From assembly GCA_034661055.1 (NCBI GenBank), contig JAYEKO010000042.1, positions 1-17,167 on the forward strand: a stretch of DNA of 17,167 bases. The letters are read 5' to 3'. Origin of the DNA: Campylobacterota bacterium (GTDB lineage: Bacteria; Campylobacterota; Campylobacteria; Campylobacterales; Sulfurimonadaceae). The position numbers were made by a program, and so were the translations under genes. Below, one piece after another: positions 9,164 through 17,167 of the stretch (its first letter is position 1; each line of letters opens with the position of its first letter). The notes below the pieces were generated by a model. That model did not search any database. It worked only from the letters and a program-made list of their open reading frames with translations, and was not told the DNA's origin.

Positions 9164-10119
9164 GCGTGTGTTGTTGTTTTAGTATGCTGTTTTAGACACT
9201 CTTCACACTCCTCAAGAGCTTTACGAGTTTCTGGTGTTACTTGACCATCTTCAGCAACAATGTTAGTAGTAATAATACTGTTAATACGTTTATGAATAGT
9301 TGCTGCCATCTGAACATCTTTTTTAGACTGTTCTGAATACTCTGAAAAGTCATCACCTTCTACATGTAAAATTCTCTGCATAATCGCATTAAATTCATTC
9401 ATATAAACTTGTACTGTTTTGAGCGTTGTGCTTAGCTCTAATGTGTATTGAGAAAGTGTCACTGTCTTATGAGTTTGTGCAAGTTTTTTGTGATGAACAG
9501 CATCAGCTTGAGCGTGTGCAACTTCAGCTTTTTTAAGATTTTGTGCAGCACGTGAACTCATTTTGACAAATGCAACAATAAATACAATAATTGCAATAAG
9601 GCCACCTAAAAGCAATGCACCTTTGTTTGCATCACCGTTACCAGGATCAGCAAGGTTACCAAACCATGCTAAGAGTGTAGTAACTTGAGATGGTTCAGGC
9701 ACTTTGTCTAAATAGATATTTGACCCACTTGCTAGGATTCCTACAACAACTGCAATAACAAAAGCGACTGCTGCAAAGATAGCAGCTTGAAAGAGGGCTC
9801 CAAATGAACCGCTATTTACCTCTTCTACATGAACCGGTTTTACCTCTTCAAGGGTGTTTTGGAATTCATGATCAATATTTTCCAGTTCGCCGTGTCCTAT
9901 TGAGAGGTTAGTATCATCAAATTCAATATTTTTAATTTCAAAATAGGTATTGTCAAACTCTTTTAATGTCTTATTAGTCACAGAGCTGCGTAGTGCTATG
10001 TAAGTTTGTAAGTTTTCATTGAGTTGACAAATACCATCTTTGAAACCATCATCTGCCTCATGAATGAGTTCTTTTGCCGATGATGTTAGCTCTTTTGCTT
10101 TTTGATTGTTTGTAAACAT
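9160..10119 (-). CDS. Uncharacterised membrane protein: helical N- and C-domains flanking a two-TM hairpin
   Basis: 319 aa, with SD AAGGG upstream of ATG 10119. Hydrophobic stretches at about aa 106-130 and 167-185 with an LLAWFG segment between them. No catalytic motif recognised. Confidence 0.85.
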   Translation of the reverse strand: MFTNNQKAKELTSSAKELIHEADDGFKDGICQLNENLQTYIALRSSVTNKTLKEFDNTYFEIKNIEFDDTNLSIGHGELENIDHEFQNTLEEVKPVHVEEVNSGSFGALFQAAIFAAVAFVIAVVVGILASGSNIYLDKVPEPSQVTTLLAWFGNLADPGNGDANKGALLLGGLIAIIVFIVAFVKMSSRAAQNLKKAEVAHAQADAVHHKKLAQTHKTVTLSQYTLELSTTLKTVQVYMNEFNAIMQRILHVEGDDFSEYSEQSKKDVQMAATIHKRINSIITTNIVAEDGQVTPETRKALEECEECLKQHTKTTTHA

Positions 10120-10138
10120 TACTTTCCCTTTCTTTTGT

Positions 10139-10144
10139 ATTATA
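10139..10144 (-). promoter_or_regulatory. Putative -10 box for the 319-aa gene
   Basis: The minus strand reads TAAGAA-TATAAT-ACAAAAGAAAGGGAAAGTA-ATG: a perfect TATAAT plus SD within the 28-bp gap after yggS. Confidence 0.55.
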
Positions 10145-10147
10145 TTC

Positions 10148-10819
10148 TTATTTTGGAAACACTGCTGTACCTAGTCGTACCATATTGGAACCACATGCAA
10201 TAGCAAGTTCATAATCTCCACTCATTCCCATAGAACAGATCTCTGCATCTAAGGTCTCAAAAATTTTGTGGGTTGCTTCAAATGATTGTTGAACTGTTTT
10301 TCTATCATCACTATGAGCACCAATGCTCATAACACCACGCAGGTTAATATTGGGACACTCTTGCTCAATCTGTCTGTATAGTTCAATGGAGTGACTCTGA
10401 GTGACCCCGTGTTTGCTCTGTTCATTTGCACTGTTAATTTGCAGTAATGAGTCTAAAGTCATCTCACGTTCATTAAGACGCTTTTGTAAAGCATGGGCTA
10501 ACTCTAAAGAGTCAAGTGATTGAAACAAAAAGGGGTTGATTTCAAGAAGTTGATTAATTTTATTTTTTTGTAAATTACCAATAAAGTGCCATTCTAGCGG
10601 TAACTCTTCAAGTTCACTGCTTTTAAGCTTTAAATCTTGTACCTTGTTCTCACCAAAAGCTCGTTGACCAATATTGTAGAGTGCTTCAATTTCCGTATTG
10701 TCGCTATATTTACTTACAGCTACAATTTTGACAATATGGTGGGCACTCACATTTAAGCGAGCAAGCTCAATTTTCTCAATAACTTTATCTACATGTATCT
10801 TGTACTCTATCTCATTCAT
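10148..10819 (-). CDS. yggS: YggS family pyridoxal-phosphate homeostasis protein
   Basis: VAVSKY (PLP Lys), FGENKVQ, WHFIGNLQKNK, SMGMSGDY, SNMVRLG. Start reassigned to ATG 10819 (MNEIEY), which forms an ATGA overlap with the rseP stop. Confidence 0.93.
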   Translation of the reverse strand: MNEIEYKIHVDKVIEKIELARLNVSAHHIVKIVAVSKYSDNTEIEALYNIGQRAFGENKVQDLKLKSSELEELPLEWHFIGNLQKNKINQLLEINPFLFQSLDSLELAHALQKRLNEREMTLDSLLQINSANEQSKHGVTQSHSIELYRQIEQECPNINLRGVMSIGAHSDDRKTVQQSFEATHKIFETLDAEICSMGMSGDYELAIACGSNMVRLGTAVFPK

Positions 10820-11868
10820 CCCATTAACCTTGTAAAATCGTTGTAAAGTCCTAAACTCATTAGTCCTAAAAGTATGACCCATCCTGCAATAGTTAGATTA
10901 ATCAATACTTTTTCACTTGGAGAACGACGTGTAATCATCTCATAGAGATTAAACATAATATGACCACCATCAAGTGCTGGAATTGGAAGTAAGTTTAACA
11001 CTCCCAAGTTCACTGAAATTAGTGCTGCAAAGAAAAATAGAGATATCCACCCATTTTTTGAAGCATCAGAAGTAATTTGTACAATACTTACAACGCCACC
11101 TAGTTCTTTGGCAGGAACATCACCAGTAATAAGCTTTTGAACGCCTTTAAAGATGAGTAGAGAAGCTTTATAAGTCTCATTTCCAGCGTAAGCTATTGAG
11201 TCAGAAAAGCCAAGGTCTAAAGTGTGTGTGATTCCGGCAGAACCAATGCCAATCATTTTGCGCTGAACTTTTTCACGAAACATATTTTCAGTCTCAGTAA
11301 TGCGTGGAGTCATCTCTAAGTACATAATGTATTGACCACGTTCAATTTTTACATTAAGAGTATTGTTAGAATTTTTAATCTGCTCTGACATCGCATCCCA
11401 AGTTGGAATTGCTTTTTCATTGATCTCTAAAATACGGTCATTACTCTTAAGTCCTGCAATGTCGGCAGGAGAGTCTTTTACTACCTGACCTACAACAGGA
11501 GAGAGTGCCATTGGACCGTTAAAACCAATTGCCAAGTAGAGAAAAAAGGCTAAAATAAAGTTGGCAGCTGGACCAGCAAGTAGAATAAAGATACGCTGTA
11601 TTGGAGTTTTCGTATTGTAACTATCATTATCCATGCTAGTCTTAGCAGGATCAAGGTCTTCTTGACCCTTCATCTTTACATAACCGCCAAGTGGAATCAT
11701 AGCAATACGCCACTCCGTATTTAACCATCTAAATGAGGCTACTTTTTTCCCAAAGCCGATACTAAAGACTTCTACATAGACACCCATAAATCGTGCAGCA
11801 GTGTAGTGTCCTAGTTCATGAAAGAAAATAAGAGCAGATAGAACTAAAAATGAGATGAAAAAACTCAC
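10816..11868 (-). CDS. rseP: RIP metalloprotease RseP (M50, one PDZ domain)
   Basis: FFHELGH, FSIGFG, IPLGGYVKM, AGPAAN, PDZ-like SPADIAGL..DRIL, NLLPIPALDGGH. GTG start in a GTGA overlap with pgsA. Confidence 0.95.
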   Translation of the reverse strand: MSFFISFLVLSALIFFHELGHYTAARFMGVYVEVFSIGFGKKVASFRWLNTEWRIAMIPLGGYVKMKGQEDLDPAKTSMDNDSYNTKTPIQRIFILLAGPAANFILAFFLYLAIGFNGPMALSPVVGQVVKDSPADIAGLKSNDRILEINEKAIPTWDAMSEQIKNSNNTLNVKIERGQYIMYLEMTPRITETENMFREKVQRKMIGIGSAGITHTLDLGFSDSIAYAGNETYKASLLIFKGVQKLITGDVPAKELGGVVSIVQITSDASKNGWISLFFFAALISVNLGVLNLLPIPALDGGHIMFNLYEMITRRSPSEKVLINLTIAGWVILLGLMSLGLYNDFTRLMG

Positions 11869-12416
11869 GTATCTTCTCCTTTTTTTAAGGCTTTAGTGAA
11901 ACCATAAATATATTCAAATCCTGAATAGAGTGTCAATACGACACAAAACCATAGCAGCTCTGTGCCACCACTCCAGTGCATTAGCAAAAAACCAATAGCA
12001 AACATTTGAGCAACTGTTTTTACTTTTCCAGACCAAGATGCGGCTACATCAATATTTTCACTCACGGCAACAGTACGAAGTCCAGTAATGAAAAGTTCTC
12101 TAATAATTATGATATAAACAGCCCATGCTGATGCTTCACCAACAACCATAAGTGCCATAAAGGCAGCAATTGTCAGCATCTTATCTGCAAGTGGATCTAA
12201 AATTTGTCCAAGCAGTGTTGATTGATCTAGCTCTCGCGCAATATAGCCATCAAAAAAATCAGTAACACTAGCTAAAACAAATATGAGTGCAGCAGTGTAA
12301 TAGTTCCATGTTACATGTATATTATTCTCAGTGAACACTTGAGGGTTTAAAATGACCCAGAAGAGAAGAGGTGCCATTAAGGCACGAGAAAGGGCAAGTT
12401 GATTAGGAATATTCAT
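11865..12416 (-). CDS. pgsA: CDP-diacylglycerol--glycerol-3-phosphate 3-phosphatidyltransferase
   Basis: MNIPN start, CDP-alcohol phosphotransferase motif TDFFDGYIAR...LGQILDPLADK, RE, GKVKT; multiple TM segments. Confidence 0.95.
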   Translation of the reverse strand: MNIPNQLALSRALMAPLLFWVILNPQVFTENNIHVTWNYYTAALIFVLASVTDFFDGYIARELDQSTLLGQILDPLADKMLTIAAFMALMVVGEASAWAVYIIIIRELFITGLRTVAVSENIDVAASWSGKVKTVAQMFAIGFLLMHWSGGTELLWFCVVLTLYSGFEYIYGFTKALKKGEDT

Positions 12417-13192
12417 TATCTAAACGTGGTCCCACCATCAACAACAAGAGTTTGGCCTGTAATCCAAGATGCTTCAGGAGTACATAAGTAGTAAACTGAA
12501 CTTGCAATATCTTCAGGAGTTCCCATGCGATTAACTGCTGAACGTTTTACCGTCTCTGCTTTGACCTCTTCGTAGTTAGTAAATGCTTTAAGCGCATCAG
12601 TATCAATTGGACCACCTGAAACAGCATTAACACGAATGCCCATCTCCCCAAGCTCAACAGCAGCGTAGCGACTCATCGCTTCTACAGCAGCTTTATTGGT
12701 TCCATGACCTGCATAGTTGTCTATGTAAATCATATTTCCAGTACTAGACATCGTTACAATAGCGCCACCACCAACTTTTTCCATACGTTTTGCCGCTTCT
12801 TGAGAACCAAGAACAAAGGCGTTAACGGTAGCAGTATAGATATTATTTAGTCCACGAGGTTTAAGACGCATGAATTTACCATAACCACCTACAACAGGAC
12901 GTCCATAGATCATTGCGTTAGAGACAAAGAAGTCAATACGGTCAAAATCTTCATCAATAGATTTAAAAAGAGGTTTAAACTCATCTGGCTCTAAAATATT
13001 TAGAGGGTAAGCTTTGGCTTTAATGCCATACTCTTTTTCCCAGCCGCTAGCTAGTTCATTTGCAGCATCAACATTTGAGTTGTAAGTAAATGCAACATTG
13101 ACACCATTTTGTGCAAACTTCTCAGCAATAGCTTGACCAATTCCTTTGGTAGCTCCTGTTATAACGACAGTTTTACCTTTCATCTTACTCAT
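12416..13192 (-). CDS. SDR oxidoreductase, FabL-like enoyl-ACP reductase (homologues often annotated 7-alpha-HSDH)
   Basis: TGATKGIG Rossmann motif, YAGHGTNK (Y-x6-K), VNAVSGGPIDTDAL, WITGQTLVVDGG. Start set at ATG 13192 (MSKMKGK), just after the dapA stop. Confidence 0.88.
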   Translation of the reverse strand: MSKMKGKTVVITGATKGIGQAIAEKFAQNGVNVAFTYNSNVDAANELASGWEKEYGIKAKAYPLNILEPDEFKPLFKSIDEDFDRIDFFVSNAMIYGRPVVGGYGKFMRLKPRGLNNIYTATVNAFVLGSQEAAKRMEKVGGGAIVTMSSTGNMIYIDNYAGHGTNKAAVEAMSRYAAVELGEMGIRVNAVSGGPIDTDALKAFTNYEEVKAETVKRSAVNRMGTPEDIASSVYYLCTPEASWITGQTLVVDGGTTFR

Positions 13193-13193
13193 A

Positions 13194-14087
13194 TTATGCT
13201 CCAACTATGGTGTAGTTTTTCATAACAGTTTCAATTTTTTTCATGTTGTCACTGCTAGGTGCTACAAGTGGCAGGCGGTATTCTAATGTCTCGGTCAGTC
13301 CGGCAATGTACATAGCTGCTTTGATTGGAATAGGGTTAGATTCACAAAACATCACTTTGTTAAGTGGATAGAGCATATCATTGATTTCACGTGAAGTTTT
13401 AAAGTTACCTTCTAGTGCAGCATGAACTAATTTACTTTTTAAATCAGGTACAAGGTTAGCAGTGACTGAAGTGATACCAGCACCACCAGTTGCTAAAATT
13501 GGAAAATCAATAGCATCATCACCACTAAATACAGCCAAATCAGGACGACGAGAAAGAAGTTCAATCGTACGCTCTACACTTCCTGTTGCCTCTTTTACTC
13601 CATAAATATTTGGTAGGTCATCAAAGAGTCTTATGACAGTATCTGCTGTAATATCTACTCCAGTACGTCCTGGGACATTGTAGAGCATAAAGGGAAGTTC
13701 TGAGACAGCACTTGCAATAGCTTTATAGTGCTGGTAAAGTCCCTCTTGAGACGGTTTATTGTAATATGGACTGACTGAAAAAATAGCATCAACACCACAA
13801 TTCTGAGCGTGCTTTGCAATATCGACAGCTTCAGCTGTTGCGTTGCTTCCAGCACCTGCAAGTACTTTTGAATGAGTACCTTTAGCTACTTCAACTGCTA
13901 TTTCAATACAGCGTTTATGTTCATCGTGTGTTAGTGTGGCACTCTCTCCAGTTGTTCCTACAGGACATACAGCGTCAATACCGTTGTCAATTTGTCTTTG
14001 AATGAGTTTTGCATAAGTATCCTCATCTAGTTTTTTGTTTTTAAATGGAGTAATTAGTGCTGTTGTTGCACCTAGAACTGTATTCAT
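13194..14087 (-). CDS. dapA: 4-hydroxy-tetrahydrodipicolinate synthase
   Basis: ALITPF, GTTGES, AGAGSN, PYYNKP, LYNVPGRTG, Schiff-base Lys in GVKEATG, SGDD, ESNPIPIK. Confidence 0.97.
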   Translation of the reverse strand: MNTVLGATTALITPFKNKKLDEDTYAKLIQRQIDNGIDAVCPVGTTGESATLTHDEHKRCIEIAVEVAKGTHSKVLAGAGSNATAEAVDIAKHAQNCGVDAIFSVSPYYNKPSQEGLYQHYKAIASAVSELPFMLYNVPGRTGVDITADTVIRLFDDLPNIYGVKEATGSVERTIELLSRRPDLAVFSGDDAIDFPILATGGAGITSVTANLVPDLKSKLVHAALEGNFKTSREINDMLYPLNKVMFCESNPIPIKAAMYIAGLTETLEYRLPLVAPSSDNMKKIETVMKNYTIVGA

Positions 14088-15382
14088 TTTTCTGCCTTTC
14101 TTAAAATAATTGTTGTTGATTTTTCTGTAAAGTATCGGTTTGCAACAGTAGTGATGTCATTAATTTTAATTGCATTGATTTTCTCTTCATACTCTAAAAG
14201 TGGTTTAACATCACCACGAACCAAGTAGCCGCCAAATAGATTTCCTACTGATGTTGAACTCTCTAAAGAGTGAATGAAATCAGACTTGGTGTTTATTTTT
14301 ACCTTCTCAAGTTCACTCTGAGATACTTTTTTAGTTTTAAGTGTCTCTATCTGTGCTAAGAGTTCTTTCTCGACATCTTCAGCCTTAACGCCAGGGTTGC
14401 ATGAAGCTAAGAAGATAAAAAGTCCAGGATCACTATTTTCCATGTTGTATGCATAAATCTGATTGACCATTTGCTTCTCATCTACAAGTGTTTTGTAAAG
14501 TCGGCTGCTTTTACCGGCACTCAAAATCTCAGAGATCGCAGAGAGGGCAGGTTGGTCCTCATGGGTAAAGTTGGGAATATGGTATGTGATTGCTACCATC
14601 TCAACTTCAGTGTCACGCAGTAGAGTAACACGCTTTGGTCCATCTTGCTCAGGCTCAATGGCTTTGACTTTAGGAACCTCTTTAGAATTTTTAATCTCTT
14701 TAAAGTACTTCTCAACATTGTTAAAGACATCGTCTGCTTTGACATCACCTGTGACAATAATCATGGCATTCTTTGGCTGATAGTATGTGGCGTGAAACGA
14801 TTGAATATCTTCTAAATCCCAGGTCAAAATATCATTCATAAAACCAATTGGTGTCCAGTGGTACGGGTGGTAGAGGTAGGCATTATTAAACATTCTAAAA
14901 TACATGTAACCCAGTGGATTGTTGTCTGTTCGCCATCTACGCTCTTCAGCAACTACGTCACGTTCAGGTTGAAACTCTTCATCTTTTAGATTTAAATTTT
15001 GCATGAGCTCAGCATACAAAGAGAGCGATTTTTCTAAGTTTTGTGTGCTTGACTTGATGTAGTAATGGGTGTAATCAAACCCTGTCGAAGCATTATTGAC
15101 ACCACCGACACTTTTTACTTCACGATCAAACTCACCCGCTTCAAGATTTTTTGTTGATTTGAAGTTCATATGCTCAAGCATATGTGCAATCCCGGTTTTT
15201 CCCATGACTTCGTTACGGCTACCTACTTTGTAAAAAATGTCTGTTGAGATAACATTGGTTCCATTGTCCATCTCAATAACGTAAACTTCAAGACCATTTT
15301 TCAATGTCTTACTTTTGTATTGCGGCAGTGATGATGCCATAGTGACTCCCATAAATAAAAATAGTGTAATAATCAGTTTCAT
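14084..15382 (-). CDS. M16 family zinc peptidase (PqqE/PqqL-like) with a probable signal peptide
   Basis: Inverted zincin motif HMLEH, VGSRNE, NAST, ERDVVAEERR, YHPY, SSRLY; N-terminal MKLIITLFLFMGVTMA. Confidence 0.93.
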   Translation of the reverse strand: MKLIITLFLFMGVTMASSLPQYKSKTLKNGLEVYVIEMDNGTNVISTDIFYKVGSRNEVMGKTGIAHMLEHMNFKSTKNLEAGEFDREVKSVGGVNNASTGFDYTHYYIKSSTQNLEKSLSLYAELMQNLNLKDEEFQPERDVVAEERRWRTDNNPLGYMYFRMFNNAYLYHPYHWTPIGFMNDILTWDLEDIQSFHATYYQPKNAMIIVTGDVKADDVFNNVEKYFKEIKNSKEVPKVKAIEPEQDGPKRVTLLRDTEVEMVAITYHIPNFTHEDQPALSAISEILSAGKSSRLYKTLVDEKQMVNQIYAYNMENSDPGLFIFLASCNPGVKAEDVEKELLAQIETLKTKKVSQSELEKVKINTKSDFIHSLESSTSVGNLFGGYLVRGDVKPLLEYEEKINAIKINDITTVANRYFTEKSTTIILRKAEK

Positions 15383-15384
15383 AA

Positions 15385-16434
15385 TTATCTCTTGCTTCCA
15401 ATTGCCTGTGCAATGTTTTCAAACCCATCATTTTTAATGAGTTCAATAAGCCCAAGATTGATGTCACGAATAAGTGTCGGACCCTTAAAAATAAGTGGAC
15501 TAAAGACTTGAACAAGAGATGCTCCTGCACAGATACGCTTGTATGCTTCCTCTGCTGAATCAATACCACCTGCTGAAATCAGTGTGGTTTTGCCATAAAG
15601 TTCTGCTGCTACGGCATCAAAAATCTCAAAACTCTTTTGTTGAAGCACCTTACCACTAAGTCCACCAATGTCTTTAGGATTTTTTACTAGCGAATAGTCA
15701 ATGGTCGTATTGGTGGCAATAATACCATCGGCACCATTTTCAACAGCCATAGAGGTTAGATCTACTGCTTGTGAAGTTTCCATGTCGGGAGCTATTTTAA
15801 GTAAGATTGGTTTCTCTGTAATAGCCTTTGATTTTTCAAATAGTTCAGAAATAAAAGCTTCATTTTGTAAATCTCGTAGCCCAGGAGTATTAGGAGAAGA
15901 GATGTTAATGACAATATAGTCACCAAGTTTATGCAGAGCACGAATTAGCTTAGTGTAATCATTAATCGCTTCATCTTCAGGTGTTAGTTTATTTTTTCCG
16001 ACATTAACACCAATTGGTGTAGTAAATGGATAAAATTTTTCAAGACGCTCTTGAATAGGAAAAAGTCCCTCGTTATTAAACCCCATAGCATTTTGAAGTG
16101 TTTCCTCTTCAATATGGCGAAACATACGAGGTTTTGGATTTCCTTCTTGTGCAATTGGAGTTAACGTTCCAATTTCAGTGAACCCGTAACCTATGGCTTT
16201 AATACCAGGAACCATGGTGGCATTTTTATCAAATCCGGCAGCAAGTCCAACAGGATTTGAGAATGTTCTTCCAAAAAGTTCCTGATTTAAAGTTTTATCG
16301 GTGACAAAGTAATCTTTTAAAAAAAACTCTAAAATTTTTGGACATACATTAGCGGTGCGTAATATATACTCAGCTAAATGGTGTGCCGTTTCAGGTTCAA
16401 GTTTAAAAAGAAGAGGTTTAATTGTTTGATACAT
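15385..16434 (-). CDS. pyrD: Quinone-dependent dihydroorotate dehydrogenase (class 2)
   Basis: LEPETAH, NPVGLAAGFDKN, GNPKPRMFR, NAMGFNN, NISSPNTPGLR, LKIAPD, ATNTT, GGLSG. Confidence 0.97.
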   Translation of the reverse strand: MYQTIKPLLFKLEPETAHHLAEYILRTANVCPKILEFFLKDYFVTDKTLNQELFGRTFSNPVGLAAGFDKNATMVPGIKAIGYGFTEIGTLTPIAQEGNPKPRMFRHIEEETLQNAMGFNNEGLFPIQERLEKFYPFTTPIGVNVGKNKLTPEDEAINDYTKLIRALHKLGDYIVINISSPNTPGLRDLQNEAFISELFEKSKAITEKPILLKIAPDMETSQAVDLTSMAVENGADGIIATNTTIDYSLVKNPKDIGGLSGKVLQQKSFEIFDAVAAELYGKTTLISAGGIDSAEEAYKRICAGASLVQVFSPLIFKGPTLIRDINLGLIELIKNDGFENIAQAIGSKR

Positions 16435-16458
16435 TTAAAAATTGCCCTTTTAATATAA

Positions 16459-16509
16459 AGGCACCTCTAAAAACCCTAAACAGGCTATTTAGGGTTTTTA
16501 GAGCTGCCC
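16459..16509. repeat. 51-bp palindromic element (21-bp inverted repeat, MITE/REP-like) flanked by ATAA direct repeats
   Basis: Left arm GGCACCTCTAAAAACCCTAAA (16460-16480) and right arm TTTAGGGTTTTTAGAGCTGCC (16488-16508) are complementary at 20 of 21 positions, with a 7-nt spacer CAGGCTA. ATAA at 16455-16458 and 16510-16513. Confidence 0.85.
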
Positions 16510-16530
16510 ATAACTTATGAAATAGATGAG

Positions 16531-16536
16531 ATTATA
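16531..16536 (-). promoter_or_regulatory. Putative -10 box of the pyrD operon
   Basis: The minus strand reads CCTTTTAG-TATAAT-CTC, about 100 nt upstream of the pyrD ATG. SD AAGGG at 16449-16445. Confidence 0.6.
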
Positions 16537-16556
16537 CTAAAAGGTTTGTTAATTTC

Positions 16557-17167
16557 TTATTTAACAGCAGGTAAAGTTACTTCAATAACAGCGCCTGCAT
16601 TTCGATTATACGCTCTAATTTTACCTTGATGGTCATAAATAATTTTTTTTGCAATATTGAGTCCAATTCCAATGCCACCATGCTCTTTTGTAGATACAAA
16701 TGGCTCAAAAAGAGTGTTAAGAACACTTTCATCAATTCCTCCACCATTATCAGTAAATTCAATGATGACATTAGATTCATTTACAGTATATTGAATCTTA
16801 AACTCATTACTTGCATAACTACCATTTTGATTTAAAATATCTAATGCATTGTTAATAATAATAATCCAAGCTTGTTCTAATCGTTGATGTTGTGCTACCA
16901 CATAACATTCATGAAGTTTGCTATTAATTTCTGGTGTGAAAAGATTATCTTGTAGCATAATAGGAGCAATATGCTTAGAGCGATTATATGCCATGGTTAG
17001 TGAGGTAATTAAAGTCTGGTATATGTTTACCTCGCTATGCTCTTCTCTGCTTTTTTGTGACATTTCACGCATACTATCAACAATTCGTTCAATTCGTTCA
17101 ATACCTTCAATAATTTTATTATTATCTTCAAGTAGATTGCGCTTCAACTTTTCATCATTAATGACTT
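16557..17167 (-). CDS. Sensor histidine kinase, C-terminal part (end of DHp plus HATPase); 5'-truncated by the window edge
   Basis: The frame is open to the window edge (VINDEKLKRNLL...). N-box IIINNALD, G1 DNGGGI, F-box LFEPFVSTK, G2 GIGIGL. The H-box is not within the window. Confidence 0.9.
   Translation of the reverse strand, partial: VINDEKLKRNLLEDNNKIIEGIERIERIVDSMREMSQKSREEHSEVNIYQTLITSLTMAYNRSKHIAPIMLQDNLFTPEINSKLHECYVVAQHQRLEQAWIIIINNALDILNQNGSYASNEFKIQYTVNESNVIIEFTDNGGGIDESVLNTLFEPFVSTKEHGGIGIGLNIAKKIIYDHQGKIRAYNRNAGAVIEVTLPAVK

Noticed and set aside
9176..9196. GTTTTAGTATGCTGTTTTAGA, similar to a type II CRISPR repeat and containing GTTTTAG twice
   Set aside because: Lies within the coding end of the 319-aa gene (LKQHTKT); single copy with no array.
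10153..10200. TTGGAA...TGC strings resembling sigma54 -24/-12 promoters (sought because flgS is nearby)
   Set aside because: GG-to-GC spacing is 7-8 nt rather than the required 10, and the strings lie inside yggS.
10820..10882. 21-aa N-terminal extension of yggS (similarly the TTG start at 13204 for the SDR)
   Set aside because: The extensions overlap the upstream genes; the downstream ATGs (10819, 13192) give typical coupling and family-typical N-termini.
16494..16506. GTTTTTAGAGCTG resembles the start of type II-A CRISPR repeats (GTTTTAGAGCT...)
   Set aside because: Single occurrence, no repeat-spacer periodicity and no cas genes; fully explained as one arm of the palindrome.
2473..16650. 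A/T homopolymer runs of 7-8 nt (e.g. 2473-2479, 3126-3132, 16643-16650) as phase-variation or frameshift sites
   Set aside because: Expected in AT-rich DNA; no long poly-G/C tracts, and all reading frames are intact.
108..16835. Short 60-86 aa alternative-frame or antisense ORFs in the track (e.g. 108-329, 2445-2705, 4349-4570, 14571-14780, 15309-15569, 16626-16835)
   Set aside because: All are nested in or overlap well-supported genes and have no recognisable motifs; they are expected shadow ORFs.
17081..17107. 9-bp tandem repeat CAATTCGTT x2 plus a degenerate third copy
   Set aside because: Encodes IEGIERIERI in the kinase DHp helix; in frame, short and explained by helical amino-acid periodicity.
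17145..17147. TTG start given in the ORF track for the right-hand kinase
   Set aside because: The frame is open to the window edge and the H-box is absent, so the gene is cut by the window and is not a pseudogene.

Overview
AT-rich, gene-dense bacterial chromosome segment. Gene content and order (flgS; pyrD-M16 peptidase-dapA-SDR-pgsA-rseP-yggS) point to a Campylobacterota, probably a free-living Sulfurimonas/Sulfurovum-like organism (inference). The + strand (1-9163) carries two blocks. The first is a 5'-truncated FtsH/M41-like protease with a degenerate AAA module, PEP synthase (ppsA) and a CtpF/PacL-like P2A-type ATPase, all joined by ATGA overlaps. The second is an M18 aminopeptidase, the flagellar sensor kinase flgS and a small TusA/DUF2249-like protein. 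The - strand (9160-17167) carries an edge-truncated histidine kinase, the housekeeping operon pyrD-M16-dapA-FabL-like reductase-pgsA-rseP-yggS, and an uncharacterised 319-aa two-TM helical protein with its own -10 box. I saw no rRNA, tRNA, CRISPR array, transposase or integrase. I cannot demonstrate a new system from sequence alone. The best leads are (1) an FtsH-like protein with an intact Zn-protease site but most ATPase motifs altered, coupled to ppsA and a cation pump; (2) a 51-bp palindromic MITE-like element flanked by ATAA direct repeats inside the predicted pyrD leader; (3) the 319-aa hydrophobic-hairpin protein; and (4) the TusA-like protein coupled to flgS.
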